From assembly GCA_963778155.1 (NCBI GenBank), contig CAVZTK010000006.1, forward strand, positions 867,702 through 931,701: a DNA stretch of 64,000 nt, written 5' to 3'. The DNA comes from an uncultured Chloroflexia bacterium (GTDB lineage: Bacteria > Chloroflexota > Limnocylindria > Limnocylindrales > CSP1-4). This document shows positions 56,101-63,869 of the stretch, piece by piece. Below the pieces are notes generated by a model, which saw only the letters and a program-made list of their open reading frames with translations, was not told the DNA's origin and did no database searches. Numbering within the stretch: position 1 is the stretch's first letter; every line of letters starts with the position of its first letter. The translations under genes and the position numbers were made by a program.

Positions 56101-56813
56101 TCGATCCCGCTGACATCGAGCTGGCACCGGAAGGACGTCATGGGCTGGACCGTCACGACCGGGCGGCGCTGCTGGCTTGGATGGCGCTCAGCCACGCCGG
56201 CGCTCTCGCCCCGGGCGCGAACGTCTCGGCGACCAGCCTTGCCTGGTACGACGAGCTCCGGCTGCCGGCCGCGCTGGTCGCCGGACTGCACGACACGGGC
56301 TTCGGTGAGGGCGAGGCCTGGGCCGTCACCGACCAGGTCAGGGTGCTCCTCGCGCTGCCGCGCCCGTCGGCCATGCGGGGTTCGGCCGGTGTCGCGACGG
56401 CGCGGCTGCTCGACGCCTGGCTGGCACTCGAGATGACACGGGTGGCGATCGGCGTGAATACGTGGGAGGGCGTCGAGTACATCGACCGAGACCGCCTCCG
56501 GCAGCTGCTGGCCTGGGCCGTGCGCCTCGACACGATCGACGGTGTGGCCTCGCGGCCACGCGTCTCGAGCGCAGGGATCGCTGCCCGGCTCGCCGAGGCG
56601 GCCGAGGAGACGGGCTACCGGGTCGATCGGCTGCGCGCGGCCCTTGCCTCCGCACCGGGAGCCGGTCGCGCGGCGCGGGCGGGGACCACGCGTCCACGCG
56701 TCGCGCGCGCCCGCGGAGCTCGACCACCGCGCGACTACCCGAGCAGGATCCGCCGCAGGAGTGAGGTCGGCGGCGCCCCGTGGGCGATCACCGACTCGAG
56801 GTGCGGCCGGTAG
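53196..56813 (+). CDS. very large (about 1200 aa) GH13 alpha-amylase-family protein with long N- and C-terminal extensions
   Basis: GH13 regions: I DMVPNH, II IIRFDAAMVLAKKH, III LLAEAFW, IV FMSNPDE (Pro where His is usual). Uninterrupted 3.6-kb ORF. The start is uncertain (GTG 53196 or ATG 53229). The last 79 nt overlap the convergent DUF885 gene. Confidence 0.82.
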   Translation: MTLRRPCHAFSMRDVRWFHVRREAREAYAIDEPLIGADGDLVVTDRAAIRGLASRMNQARAVGSPSVQAGDIGALGLLHEIGHLLIARYEADRRPGAMKAAMADLDDRLGPDAGRLLDRFGEEFPGREPVPEPPLHRLEEMLLTRISNENPAVGPLLGELIDDANLVETTRYRDAIERLELTFADGPPMEDGGVSLIELMRTPARHSPNSLAGQLRYIRANWRGILGADLDALIRRLDLTIGILAEEERALHLRFGGPGGGPTETPWFGGAAEEAEAFSSDSAWMPRVVLMAKSTYVWLDQLSRAYERDIRTLDAIPDEELETLATWGVTGLWLIGLWERSKASERIKRMRGNSDAVASAYSLDDYAIAADLGGEVAYAVLRDRAWAHGIRLASDMVPNHMGIDSRWVLEHPEWFLSLPEPPFPAYSYTGADLSSDPRVGIVLEDHYWDDSDAAVVFKRFDRETGDERYVYHGNDGTSFPWNDTAQLDFLDPGVREQVIRVIVDVARRFPIIRFDAAMVLAKKHIERLWWPEPGSAGGIPSRAEHAIPKAEFDRRMPSEFWREVVDRVAVEVPDTLLLAEAFWLLEGYFVRTLGMHRVYNSAFMHMLRDEDGAGYRKVIKETIEFDPEILKRYVNFMSNPDEKTALEQFGKGDKYFGAATVLATLPGLPMLGHGQIQGFGEKYGMEFRRATLDERPDPWLIERHQREIFPLLHRRAWFAEAIDFLLYDLVTPSGNVDEAVIAYSNGTGRERSLVIYHTRFASTSGRLRASASYAVKAPDGIKRQVRRSLAEGLGLPRDDGAYVIFREARTGLEFIRSCRVLWDDGLAVTLDAYGTKVFWEFREVTDGVAGQWARLAARLDGAGVPSLEDALRELQLEPVHVPFRAIFADGLTVAVMDGVATTAQLGELERRFLVFLRAIADATGVHGDPVPIASEFRDRAERAFVGMAVSEEDADFAAVAAALAAGVPLDPADIELAPEGRHGLDRHDRAALLAWMALSHAGALAPGANVSATSLAWYDELRLPAALVAGLHDTGFGEGEAWAVTDQVRVLLALPRPSAMRGSAGVATARLLDAWLALEMTRVAIGVNTWEGVEYIDRDRLRQLLAWAVRLDTIDGVASRPRVSSAGIAARLAEAAEETGYRVDRLRAALASAPGAGRAARAGTTRPRVARARGARPPRDYPSRIRRRSEVGGAPWAITDSRCGR

Positions 56814-58489
56814 CTGAAACCGGGCGTCTCGCCGTAATCCCCCACCACGCGTGGGGTCGGGACCGCACCGGCGCCGCGCGGGTCGCCGGACGCGACCGCC
56901 GCTCGTCGGCGGACCTCGTCCTCGATCGCCCACATCTCGAGCGAGCCAGCGAAATAGGTCGACAGCTGGGTGGACGACAGTCGCGCCCGGTCGAACTTGG
57001 CCCGCGCCTCGGCCTCCTCCTGGAAGCCGCCCTCGACCATCAGGTCGACGGCCTCGGCCTCGGTCATCCCGGCGGTATGGATCCGCGCGTCGATGATGGC
57101 GTTGGTGATCGAGCGCAGGTAGAACTTCCAGTGGGTCAGCATCAGCGCCGAGTCGTCCGCGCCGTAGCCGACGTCCATCATCACCTGGGTGACGTAGACG
57201 GCCCAGCCCTCCGCGAACAGGCCGCTGGCGAAGACCGCCCGCACGAGCGATGGGCAGCTGTTGGCGTAGACGCCCTGGAGGTAGTGGCCGGGGACCGCCT
57301 CGTGGATCGTCAGCAGGCGGAGCATCCGGTCGTTGTCCTCGCGCAGGTTCGACTGGCGTCGCTCCTCGTCCCAGTCGTCGGGCATCGGGGTGATCGCGAA
57401 GAACGTCTTCTGTCCCTTGTCGAGCGGCCCGGGCGAGATGAGCATCGCGCCCCCGAACGCGCGGAGGAAGACCGGCGTCCACTGGATCTCGAGCGGCTCC
57501 TCGGACAGCCCGATCAGGTCCCGCTCCCGACAGAACGCCTCGATCCGGGCGTTCTCTGCTCGGCAGAAGTCGAGAAGGTCGTGCGCCTCCGGGTGCTGGA
57601 ACGCGACCGCGTCGAGCACACCGCGGACGAGGGCTCCCTCGTCGTCCGGGGCCGGCTCCTCGCCGCGCCAGGCCGGCCACAGCTCACGGGCGAGGCGGAC
57701 CATCTCGGCACGGACGACGCCGTAGTCGTGCTCGGCAGCGGCCAGGATCCGCTCCGGGGTGAGCGTCTCGGACCGCATCGTGTGGCGCATCTTGGCAGCG
57801 AACATGGTGGCGCCGAGACGGCCCTCACCATCGCTCACAGGCAGGACGACCTCTCGCAGGTGGCGTTCGAACGCGTCGATCGCGGCCCGCGCCACTTCGG
57901 CGGCGCCGATCAGGCGGGGAAGGACTCCCGCGACAGCCGGGTCCGTCGGAGCGGCCGCCTCGGCGGCAGACAGGGCCTCGGCGATGAGCTCGTCGATCCC
58001 TGGCAGTTGCCGCATCGCGGTCTCGGTCTGGAACCGCCCGACCGGGCGGTCGGGCGTGCCGACCAGGGTCACCCTGGCCGCCTCGAGGACGGCCGGCAGG
58101 CCTTCCAGCCGGCCCGCGATAGAGGCCAGGCGCACGGCCAGCGGCGCGAACTCACGGGCATTGAGGGTGAACAGGCCGTCGCCGACCAGGTAGACCCATT
58201 CGAGCGGGTTCCAGGCGTCCTCGCGCAGCTCCGTGTCGGCGAAGCGGCTGGCCGCGAGCTCGCCGATCAGCAGGTCGCGGTCGATCGCATCGTCGCCGGT
58301 CAGGTCGGTCATCGCGGTGAACTCGGCGAGCCAGCGTTCCGTGGCGGCCAGCCGTTCGGCGCGTCCTGAAGGCGACAAATCCGGCCAGCGGTCATCGTGG
58401 CTGTGCTCGCCGATGTTCGTGGCGAAGGTCGGGTTGAGCCGGAACGTCTCGGCGAGGAAGGCGTCGACACGAGAGGCAAGATCGGTCAT
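56735..58489 (-). CDS. DUF885-family protein (putative metallopeptidase-like)
   Basis: 584 aa. N-terminal FLAETFRLNPTFATNIGEHSHDDRW and core LLTIHEAVPGHYLQGVYAN, both typical of DUF885. Confidence 0.8.
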   Translation of the reverse strand: MTDLASRVDAFLAETFRLNPTFATNIGEHSHDDRWPDLSPSGRAERLAATERWLAEFTAMTDLTGDDAIDRDLLIGELAASRFADTELREDAWNPLEWVYLVGDGLFTLNAREFAPLAVRLASIAGRLEGLPAVLEAARVTLVGTPDRPVGRFQTETAMRQLPGIDELIAEALSAAEAAAPTDPAVAGVLPRLIGAAEVARAAIDAFERHLREVVLPVSDGEGRLGATMFAAKMRHTMRSETLTPERILAAAEHDYGVVRAEMVRLARELWPAWRGEEPAPDDEGALVRGVLDAVAFQHPEAHDLLDFCRAENARIEAFCRERDLIGLSEEPLEIQWTPVFLRAFGGAMLISPGPLDKGQKTFFAITPMPDDWDEERRQSNLREDNDRMLRLLTIHEAVPGHYLQGVYANSCPSLVRAVFASGLFAEGWAVYVTQVMMDVGYGADDSALMLTHWKFYLRSITNAIIDARIHTAGMTEAEAVDLMVEGGFQEEAEARAKFDRARLSSTQLSTYFAGSLEMWAIEDEVRRRAAVASGDPRGAGAVPTPRVVGDYGETPGFSYRPHLESVIAHGAPPTSLLRRILLG

Positions 58490-58589
58490 GGCCGGAGTCT
58501 AGGGTCCGCGGCCCGCGAACGCGGGGGCCTGGTGACGCGCGTGACGCGCCCTCGGCCCGAGCCGACCGCGCCGCCCCGCTACCATCGCC

Positions 58590-59189
58590 GTGATGCCGAC
58601 GCAGACATGGGTCGAACCGGTCGTCCTCGAGGGGACGCGGGTCCGGCTCGAGCCACTCCGCCGCGAGCACCTGGCCGATCTGCGGCTGGTCGCGTTCGAT
58701 CCGGCCCTGTGGCGCTGGACGATCATGGGCGATCAGGACGAGCCGGGGCTCGAACGCTGGTTCGAGACGGCGCTGGCCAACGCGGAGGCCGGCACGGAAC
58801 GGCCGTTCGCCACGATCGACCGGGCCAGCGGTCGCGCCATCGGCAGCAGCCGATACCTGTCGATCGTCCCCGAGCATCGCCGCCTCGAGATCGGCTGGAC
58901 GTGGGTCGGGATCGCCTACCAGCGGACGGGCGCCAACCGGGAGGCGAAGCTGCTCCAGCTGACCCACGCGTTCGAGGCGCTCGGCGCCAACCGGGTCGAG
59001 TTCAAGACCCATGCCCGCAACGAACGGTCGCGCAACGCCCTGGCGGGGATCGGCGCCACATTCGAAGGGGTCTTCCGGAACCACATGATCGTGCCCGACG
59101 GATCGATCCGTCACTCGGCCTACTTCAGCATCACGGTCGAGGAGTGGCCCGCCATCAAGGCCGCCCTGGAGCGAGGCCTCGCCCGGTGA
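58590..59189 (+). CDS. GNAT-family N-acetyltransferase (RimJ/RimL-like)
   Basis: LEGTRVRLEPLRREHLADL..., LEIGWTWVGIAYQRTGANREAKLLQLTHAFEALGANRVEFKTHARNERSRNALAGIGATFEGVFRNH. Confidence 0.85.
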   Translation: MMPTQTWVEPVVLEGTRVRLEPLRREHLADLRLVAFDPALWRWTIMGDQDEPGLERWFETALANAEAGTERPFATIDRASGRAIGSSRYLSIVPEHRRLEIGWTWVGIAYQRTGANREAKLLQLTHAFEALGANRVEFKTHARNERSRNALAGIGATFEGVFRNHMIVPDGSIRHSAYFSITVEEWPAIKAALERGLAR

Positions 59190-59304
59190 CCGGCGCGCGC
59201 CTTGACCGACACCGCCCCGCTGGACGACCCTCTCCGCAGATCAGCCGCACCGGGATGCACACGATCCCGGCCATGACCGTCGCCCGATCATCGGAGGCAA
59301 GACG

Positions 59305-59709
59305 TTGAGAGGCTTCGCCGTCAGCACGATCGTCACCGCGATCGCGTTCTTCATCCTGACCCAGGTGCTGCCGAAGTACACCGGCTTCGACATGATCACC
59401 TACGACGGCGAGCTTCCCGGCCTGCTCGTGCTGGCCGTCATCTTCGGTCTCGTCAACGGCCTCATCGGACCGGTCGTGCGGATGCTCGCGCTGCCGATCT
59501 CGTTCATGACCATGGGCCTCATCGGCTTCGTCATCAACGCCGGCCTCCTGCTGCTGACCGCCGTCATCGCCAACACGACCGGGTTCGACCTCACGGTCGG
59601 TACCTTCCCGCCGGACCTGCTCACCGCCGACACGATCGTGGCGGCCATCGTCGGGGCGGTCGTGCTGAGCGTCGTCAGTACCGTCGTGCGGCTTGTCATC
59701 CCCGACTGA
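59305..59709 (+). CDS. DUF360 / phage-holin-family-4-like small membrane protein
   Basis: TTG start with GGAGG 7 nt upstream. 134 aa, 4 TM helices, motif LLVLAVIFGLVNGLIGPVVRMLALPISFMTMGLIGFVINAGLLLL. Confidence 0.7.
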   Translation: MRGFAVSTIVTAIAFFILTQVLPKYTGFDMITYDGELPGLLVLAVIFGLVNGLIGPVVRMLALPISFMTMGLIGFVINAGLLLLTAVIANTTGFDLTVGTFPPDLLTADTIVAAIVGAVVLSVVSTVVRLVIPD

Positions 59710-61027
59710 CCCCGGCGCCGGTGACACGTCGATCGGCTTGACCGGCACGCCGCCGAGCCCGATCACCACGCCGCCGGTCGCCGACCGTCTCCGCGAGGCC
59801 GCCGACCGACACGGCACGCCACTCTTCGTCACCGACCTGGCCGCGCTCGACCGGGCTGCGGCCGCGGTCCGTGACGCCTTCCCCGATCCCTGGATCCGCC
59901 AGTACTCGGTCAAGGCGAACGACGTCCCAGAGATCGTGGCCGCGGTCGCAGCCCGCGGGTTCGGGGCGAACGTCGTGTCGCGCGGCGAGTGGGCGATCGC
60001 GCGGAAGGCCGGCGTGCCCGATGACCGCATCACCTTCGAGGGCATCGGCAAGACCGACGCGGACCTCCGGGCCGCGGTCCGGGCGACAGCGCCCGGCAGC
60101 GTGCCGCTGGCGTGGCTCGCGCTCGAATCCGCGGACGAGGCCGAGGTCGTCACGGCCATGGCTCGCCGGGCGGGCCTCGGGCGACGCGGGCGCCCGGCGC
60201 TCGACGTCCTGGTCCGGCTCAACCCGGACGTGACGCCCGAGACGATCCCCGGCCTCGACGTCGGCCACGGCGCCTCGAAGTTCGGGCTGACTGAGACCGA
60301 GGCGACCGGGCTCGTCGAGTGGCTGTCGGACCATGCCGGCGGGGCGGTCCGGCCGCGCGGCGTGCACCTCCACGTCGGGTCGCAGCTCCGGGCGGTGGAC
60401 GCGTGGCGCGACGCGGTCCGGCGGGGCCTGGCGGTCGTGGCACTCCTGCGCGGCGGGCTTCCGGCCTTCGACACGCTCGACGTCGGTGGCGGGCTCCCGG
60501 TCCTGCCGCTCGACGAGCCGGCGCCCGGGCCGGAACGCTTCGCGCGCGAGCTGCCCGAACTGCTCGACGGCGTCCCGGAGGACCGGCGACCGAACCGCCT
60601 GGCGCTCGAGCCTGGGCGGGCCCTCGTGGCGCGATCGGGATGGCTGGTCGCGAGCGTGTTGCACGTGCGCGACCGAGGCGGGCCACAGGTCGTCATCGAC
60701 GCCGGGATGACCGAGCTGATCCGCCCGGCGCTGTACGGGGCCCGGCATCCGATCGTGGCGCTCAGCTCGCTCGGCCGCGCCATCGCCGCCGACGAGCCCC
60801 GGACGACGACGGCGCCGACACGCGTCGAAGGGCCGATCTGCGAGTCGACCGATGCGCTCGGCATCCACGATCTGCCGCCGCTGCGTCGCGGGGACCTCGT
60901 GGCCATCAGCGACGCGGGCGCCTACGCAGCGTCGCTTGGCTCGACCTACAACGGACGGCCGCTGGCGACGCAGGTCATGCTCGAGCCGGACGGCCGTTTT
61001 CGTGTCATCCGACGCGCACGGTCCTGA
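59693..61027 (+). CDS. lysA: diaminopimelate decarboxylase
   Basis: TPLFVTDL, PLP-Lys YSVKAN, HLHVGSQ, DVGGGLPV, EPGRALVA, CESTDAL, DAGAYAAS. The true start is probably downstream of TTG 59693 (for example the in-frame TTG near 59744). Confidence 0.9.
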   Translation: MSSPTDPGAGDTSIGLTGTPPSPITTPPVADRLREAADRHGTPLFVTDLAALDRAAAAVRDAFPDPWIRQYSVKANDVPEIVAAVAARGFGANVVSRGEWAIARKAGVPDDRITFEGIGKTDADLRAAVRATAPGSVPLAWLALESADEAEVVTAMARRAGLGRRGRPALDVLVRLNPDVTPETIPGLDVGHGASKFGLTETEATGLVEWLSDHAGGAVRPRGVHLHVGSQLRAVDAWRDAVRRGLAVVALLRGGLPAFDTLDVGGGLPVLPLDEPAPGPERFARELPELLDGVPEDRRPNRLALEPGRALVARSGWLVASVLHVRDRGGPQVVIDAGMTELIRPALYGARHPIVALSSLGRAIAADEPRTTTAPTRVEGPICESTDALGIHDLPPLRRGDLVAISDAGAYAASLGSTYNGRPLATQVMLEPDGRFRVIRRARS

Positions 61028-61040
61028 CGCGAGCCTCAGG

Positions 61041-62801
61041 ATGAGGACCATGCACCGACGCCGCGCCCCGTTCGCCCTCCTCGCGGCGATGGCCTGGTTG
61101 CTGCTGGTGGCCATCGGTCCGGTCGTGGCCGCGTCGCCCCCGCCCGGCCCGCCCTTCCCGCCGCCCGAGAATGACCGGGCCGTGTACGACTACGCGGGCA
61201 TCCTGTCGGCCGACGCCATCGCCAAGGCCGAGGCGACGATCGACGCCATCGAGGCGCGGACGGGCTCCGAGGTCGTCGTCTATACGCAGGACAGCGGTGA
61301 GTACCCGACGACCGACGAGACCGAGGCGAAGGCCCGGGCCCTGATGGACCAGTGGGGCGTCGGGCGGGCCGGGATCAACGATGGGCTCGTCATCTTCTTC
61401 GACATGCAGCCGAACCTGCAGCACGGGCAGGTGCAGCTGTACGCGGGCCCCGGCTTCGAAGCGGCCTACCTGTCGAACGAGCAGCGGCAGGCCATCTTCG
61501 AGAACGACATGCTCCCCTACCTGGAGAACGCCGACTTCGACGGCGCGCTCGCCGTCGCGCTCGAGAAGGTCGATGCGGCGGCAACGCCAGAGCACGCGGC
61601 CGATCTGCAGCGCTCACGTCAGATCAACGCCGTGGTCGGGCTGGTCGGCGGGTCGGTCGTGTTCCTGGGCCTGGCCGGCTGGGCACTGTTCGATTGGCGC
61701 CGGTATGGCAAGGACCCCGTCTACCTGGACGACCCGTCGGTGCTGATGCCGGCGCCACCGCCCGACCTGACCGCCGCGTCCGGGGCGATGATCATGGACG
61801 GCTCCACGTCGCGCCGGGCACTGACGACCGCCATGCTCGACCTCGCGTCCCGGGGACTGATCGCCTTCCGTCAGGATGACGGTGGCCTGTTCGGCATCGG
61901 CGGGCACAAGGTCGGCATCGACACCAGCCCGGCCAAGGGCGACGCCGACATCGAAGCCCAGCGTCAGCGCAATGCCCGACGCCCGATCGGGCCGGCCGAG
62001 CAGCTCGCCCTCACGCGGCTCGAGACGCTCGGGGCGGGAGAGGACGGCGCGTTCATCACGCCCGAGGACCTGCCCAAGTTCGGCTCCGAGGTGCCCGATT
62101 TCGACAAGGCGCTCGAGACGCACGTCGTCGAGCGCGGCTGGTTCGGCGAGCGGCCGAGCAAGGTCGTCGCCCGCTGGATCGGTCGCGGGGTCCTGGCCAT
62201 CATCGGCGGCGCCGTCGCGCTCATCCTCGGCCTCAACATCCCGCTCTCCGGGCTGACTTTGCTCGGCGGGGCCGCCATCGCCGGTGGGATCGTCGTCCTC
62301 GTCGTGGCTCGGGCCATGCCGGCCGTCACCATGTCGGGCGCGATGATGCGGGCGATGCTCGCGGCCTACAGGCGGACGCTCCAGAAGACGATGGCCCAGG
62401 CGCGCTCGATGCAGCAGGTCGTCGACGAGGCCGGTCTCACCTGGCTCGACACCCCCGACCAGGCCGTCGTGTGGGGCACGGCGCTGGGTCTGCAGGGCGA
62501 CATCGAGGGCGTGCTGTCGCGCAGCCTCGAGGACGTCCAGGCCGGCCGGACGTCGAGCGGCATCGTCCCCTACTTCCCGTACTGGTACCAGACCTCGGGC
62601 GGGACGCCGTTCCTCGGCAGTGGTGCCGGTGGCAGCGGCTCGAGCCTCTTCTCCGACTCCGGGATCCCGGACGTCGGCGGGATGATGTCGGCGCTCGGCA
62701 CCATCGGCAACTCGCCGGCCTCGTCGGGCGGGGGCGGCGGAGGCGGGTTCGGCGGCGGCGGGTCCGGCGGCGGAGGAGGCGGGGCGGGCGGCGGGTTCTA
62801 G
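61041..62801 (+). CDS. TPM-domain protein fused to a DUF2207-type membrane region, Gly-rich C-terminus
   Basis: Signal/TM helix FALLAAMAWLLLVAIGPVVAA. TPM domain (VYDYAGILSADAIAKAEATIDAIEARTGSEVVVYT...GINDGLVIFFDMQ...). The DUF2207 C-part has PPDLTAASGAMIMDGSTSRRALTAMLDLASRG, three more TM helices and ...WGTALGL. Tail GGGGGGGFGGGGSGGGGGGAGGGF. Confidence 0.75.
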   Translation: MRTMHRRRAPFALLAAMAWLLLVAIGPVVAASPPPGPPFPPPENDRAVYDYAGILSADAIAKAEATIDAIEARTGSEVVVYTQDSGEYPTTDETEAKARALMDQWGVGRAGINDGLVIFFDMQPNLQHGQVQLYAGPGFEAAYLSNEQRQAIFENDMLPYLENADFDGALAVALEKVDAAATPEHAADLQRSRQINAVVGLVGGSVVFLGLAGWALFDWRRYGKDPVYLDDPSVLMPAPPPDLTAASGAMIMDGSTSRRALTTAMLDLASRGLIAFRQDDGGLFGIGGHKVGIDTSPAKGDADIEAQRQRNARRPIGPAEQLALTRLETLGAGEDGAFITPEDLPKFGSEVPDFDKALETHVVERGWFGERPSKVVARWIGRGVLAIIGGAVALILGLNIPLSGLTLLGGAAIAGGIVVLVVARAMPAVTMSGAMMRAMLAAYRRTLQKTMAQARSMQQVVDEAGLTWLDTPDQAVVWGTALGLQGDIEGVLSRSLEDVQAGRTSSGIVPYFPYWYQTSGGTPFLGSGAGGSGSSLFSDSGIPDVGGMMSALGTIGNSPASSGGGGGGGFGGGGSGGGGGGAGGGF

Positions 62802-62832
62802 CGCGGACGGGCGGCTGTGCCGGTCGGCACCG

Positions 62833-63489
62833 TCAGGCTCCAAACATGTCGCGGCATGCCTCGAGTCCCTCGATGGCCAGGGCCGGTCGCGGCCGTGACC
62901 GCCAGGCATCCGCGGTCATCCGGAAATGTTGCGTTTCGCGTGCGACGCCCTCGGGCGCCAGCGATCCGAACCCGTTCGGCTCGTAGCCCAGCTTGCGCGA
63001 CACGGCGTTGGACGCCGCGTTGTCGAGGAAGGCCGAGCTCTCGGCCACTCGCGCTCCGAGCCCGTCGAAGGCGAAGCCCAGCACCGCCGCCCGCATCTCC
63101 GTCCCGAACCCGCGGCCTTGGAACGCCTGGCCGAGCCACGAGCCGGTCAACACCGTTCGGCGGACCGCGAATCCCTCGGCCTCGATGCCCTGCGAGCCGA
63201 TCGGGTCACCATCGAACAGGGCGACGAGGCTGAGAGACCACTTGGCCGACGACCACAGACCGCGCGTCGACCAGTGGTACTGCATGAAGCTGCGTTCGAA
63301 GGCCGGACTCGGGATCGTCGACCAGGCAACCCCGAACGGCATCTCGTCGGGCGGATGGATCCCCGCCCGCGCGAGCGCCATCAGATGGACCAGATGGTCG
63401 TCGGTCGGCACGCGCAGGACGAGCCGGTCGGTGCGCAGGCGGAGACCGAACAGCGGCCACGCGTCGGTCAGCGTCGTCCGGGCACCCAT
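62833..63489 (-). CDS. GNAT-family N-acetyltransferase (RimJ/RimL-like)
   Basis: Start at ATG 63489. LRTDRLVLRVPTDDHLVHL..., GSWLGQAFQGRGFGTEMRAAVLGFAFDGLGARVAESSAFLDNAASNAVSRKLGYEPNG. Confidence 0.82.
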   Translation of the reverse strand: MGARTTLTDAWPLFGLRLRTDRLVLRVPTDDHLVHLMALARAGIHPPDEMPFGVAWSTIPSPAFERSFMQYHWSTRGLWSSAKWSLSLVALFDGDPIGSQGIEAEGFAVRRTVLTGSWLGQAFQGRGFGTEMRAAVLGFAFDGLGARVAESSAFLDNAASNAVSRKLGYEPNGFGSLAPEGVARETQHFRMTADAWRSRPRPALAIEGLEACRDMFGA

Positions 63490-63514
63490 GGGCGGCCGAC
63501 GGTACACTCCGCGG

Positions 63515-63844
63515 ATGGGTGCTGTCGAGACGATGGAAGACTTCTTCGAGAAGCTGAACGGCGGCGATCGCGAGGCCGCGGTCGCGCTGATGGACGAGAA
63601 GACCGAGATGCGCGTCCACGTCGGTGACAGCGTGCAGACCCTGCGCGGAGTCGAGCGCGTCGGTGGCTGGTTCCTCCGCGGCGACACGGGCCTGCGGATG
63701 ATCCCGGGTGAGATCCGCGACACCGGCAACACCTGGGAGGCGGACCTGCTCGTGGTCCGGCCGGGAGCGCAGAGCCAGCACATCGACGCGACGTTCCGCG
63801 TCGAGGCCGGCAAGATCACCGCGATCAACATCGCCCCGCGCTAG
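63515..63844 (+). CDS. NTF2/SnoaL-like fold protein (109 aa)
   Basis: MEDFFEKLNGGDREAAVALMDEKTEMRV...FRVEAGKITAINIAPR shows the typical SnoaL-like pattern. Assignment from motif memory only. Confidence 0.5.
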   Translation: MGAVETMEDFFEKLNGGDREAAVALMDEKTEMRVHVGDSVQTLRGVERVGGWFLRGDTGLRMIPGEIRDTGNTWEADLLVVRPGAQSQHIDATFRVEAGKITAINIAPR

Positions 63845-63869
63845 ACGGGCCCGCCGGGTCCGACCGACC

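Noticed and set aside
59190-59760. Lysine riboswitch or other leader structure upstream of lysA (also checked 11005-11356 upstream of the MFS gene and 36004-36391 for a c-di-GMP riboswitch)
   Set aside because: The lysA upstream DNA is occupied by the DUF360 gene. In the other regions I could not recognise any riboswitch core consensus by eye. A covariance-model scan (Infernal/Rfam) would be needed to exclude them formally.
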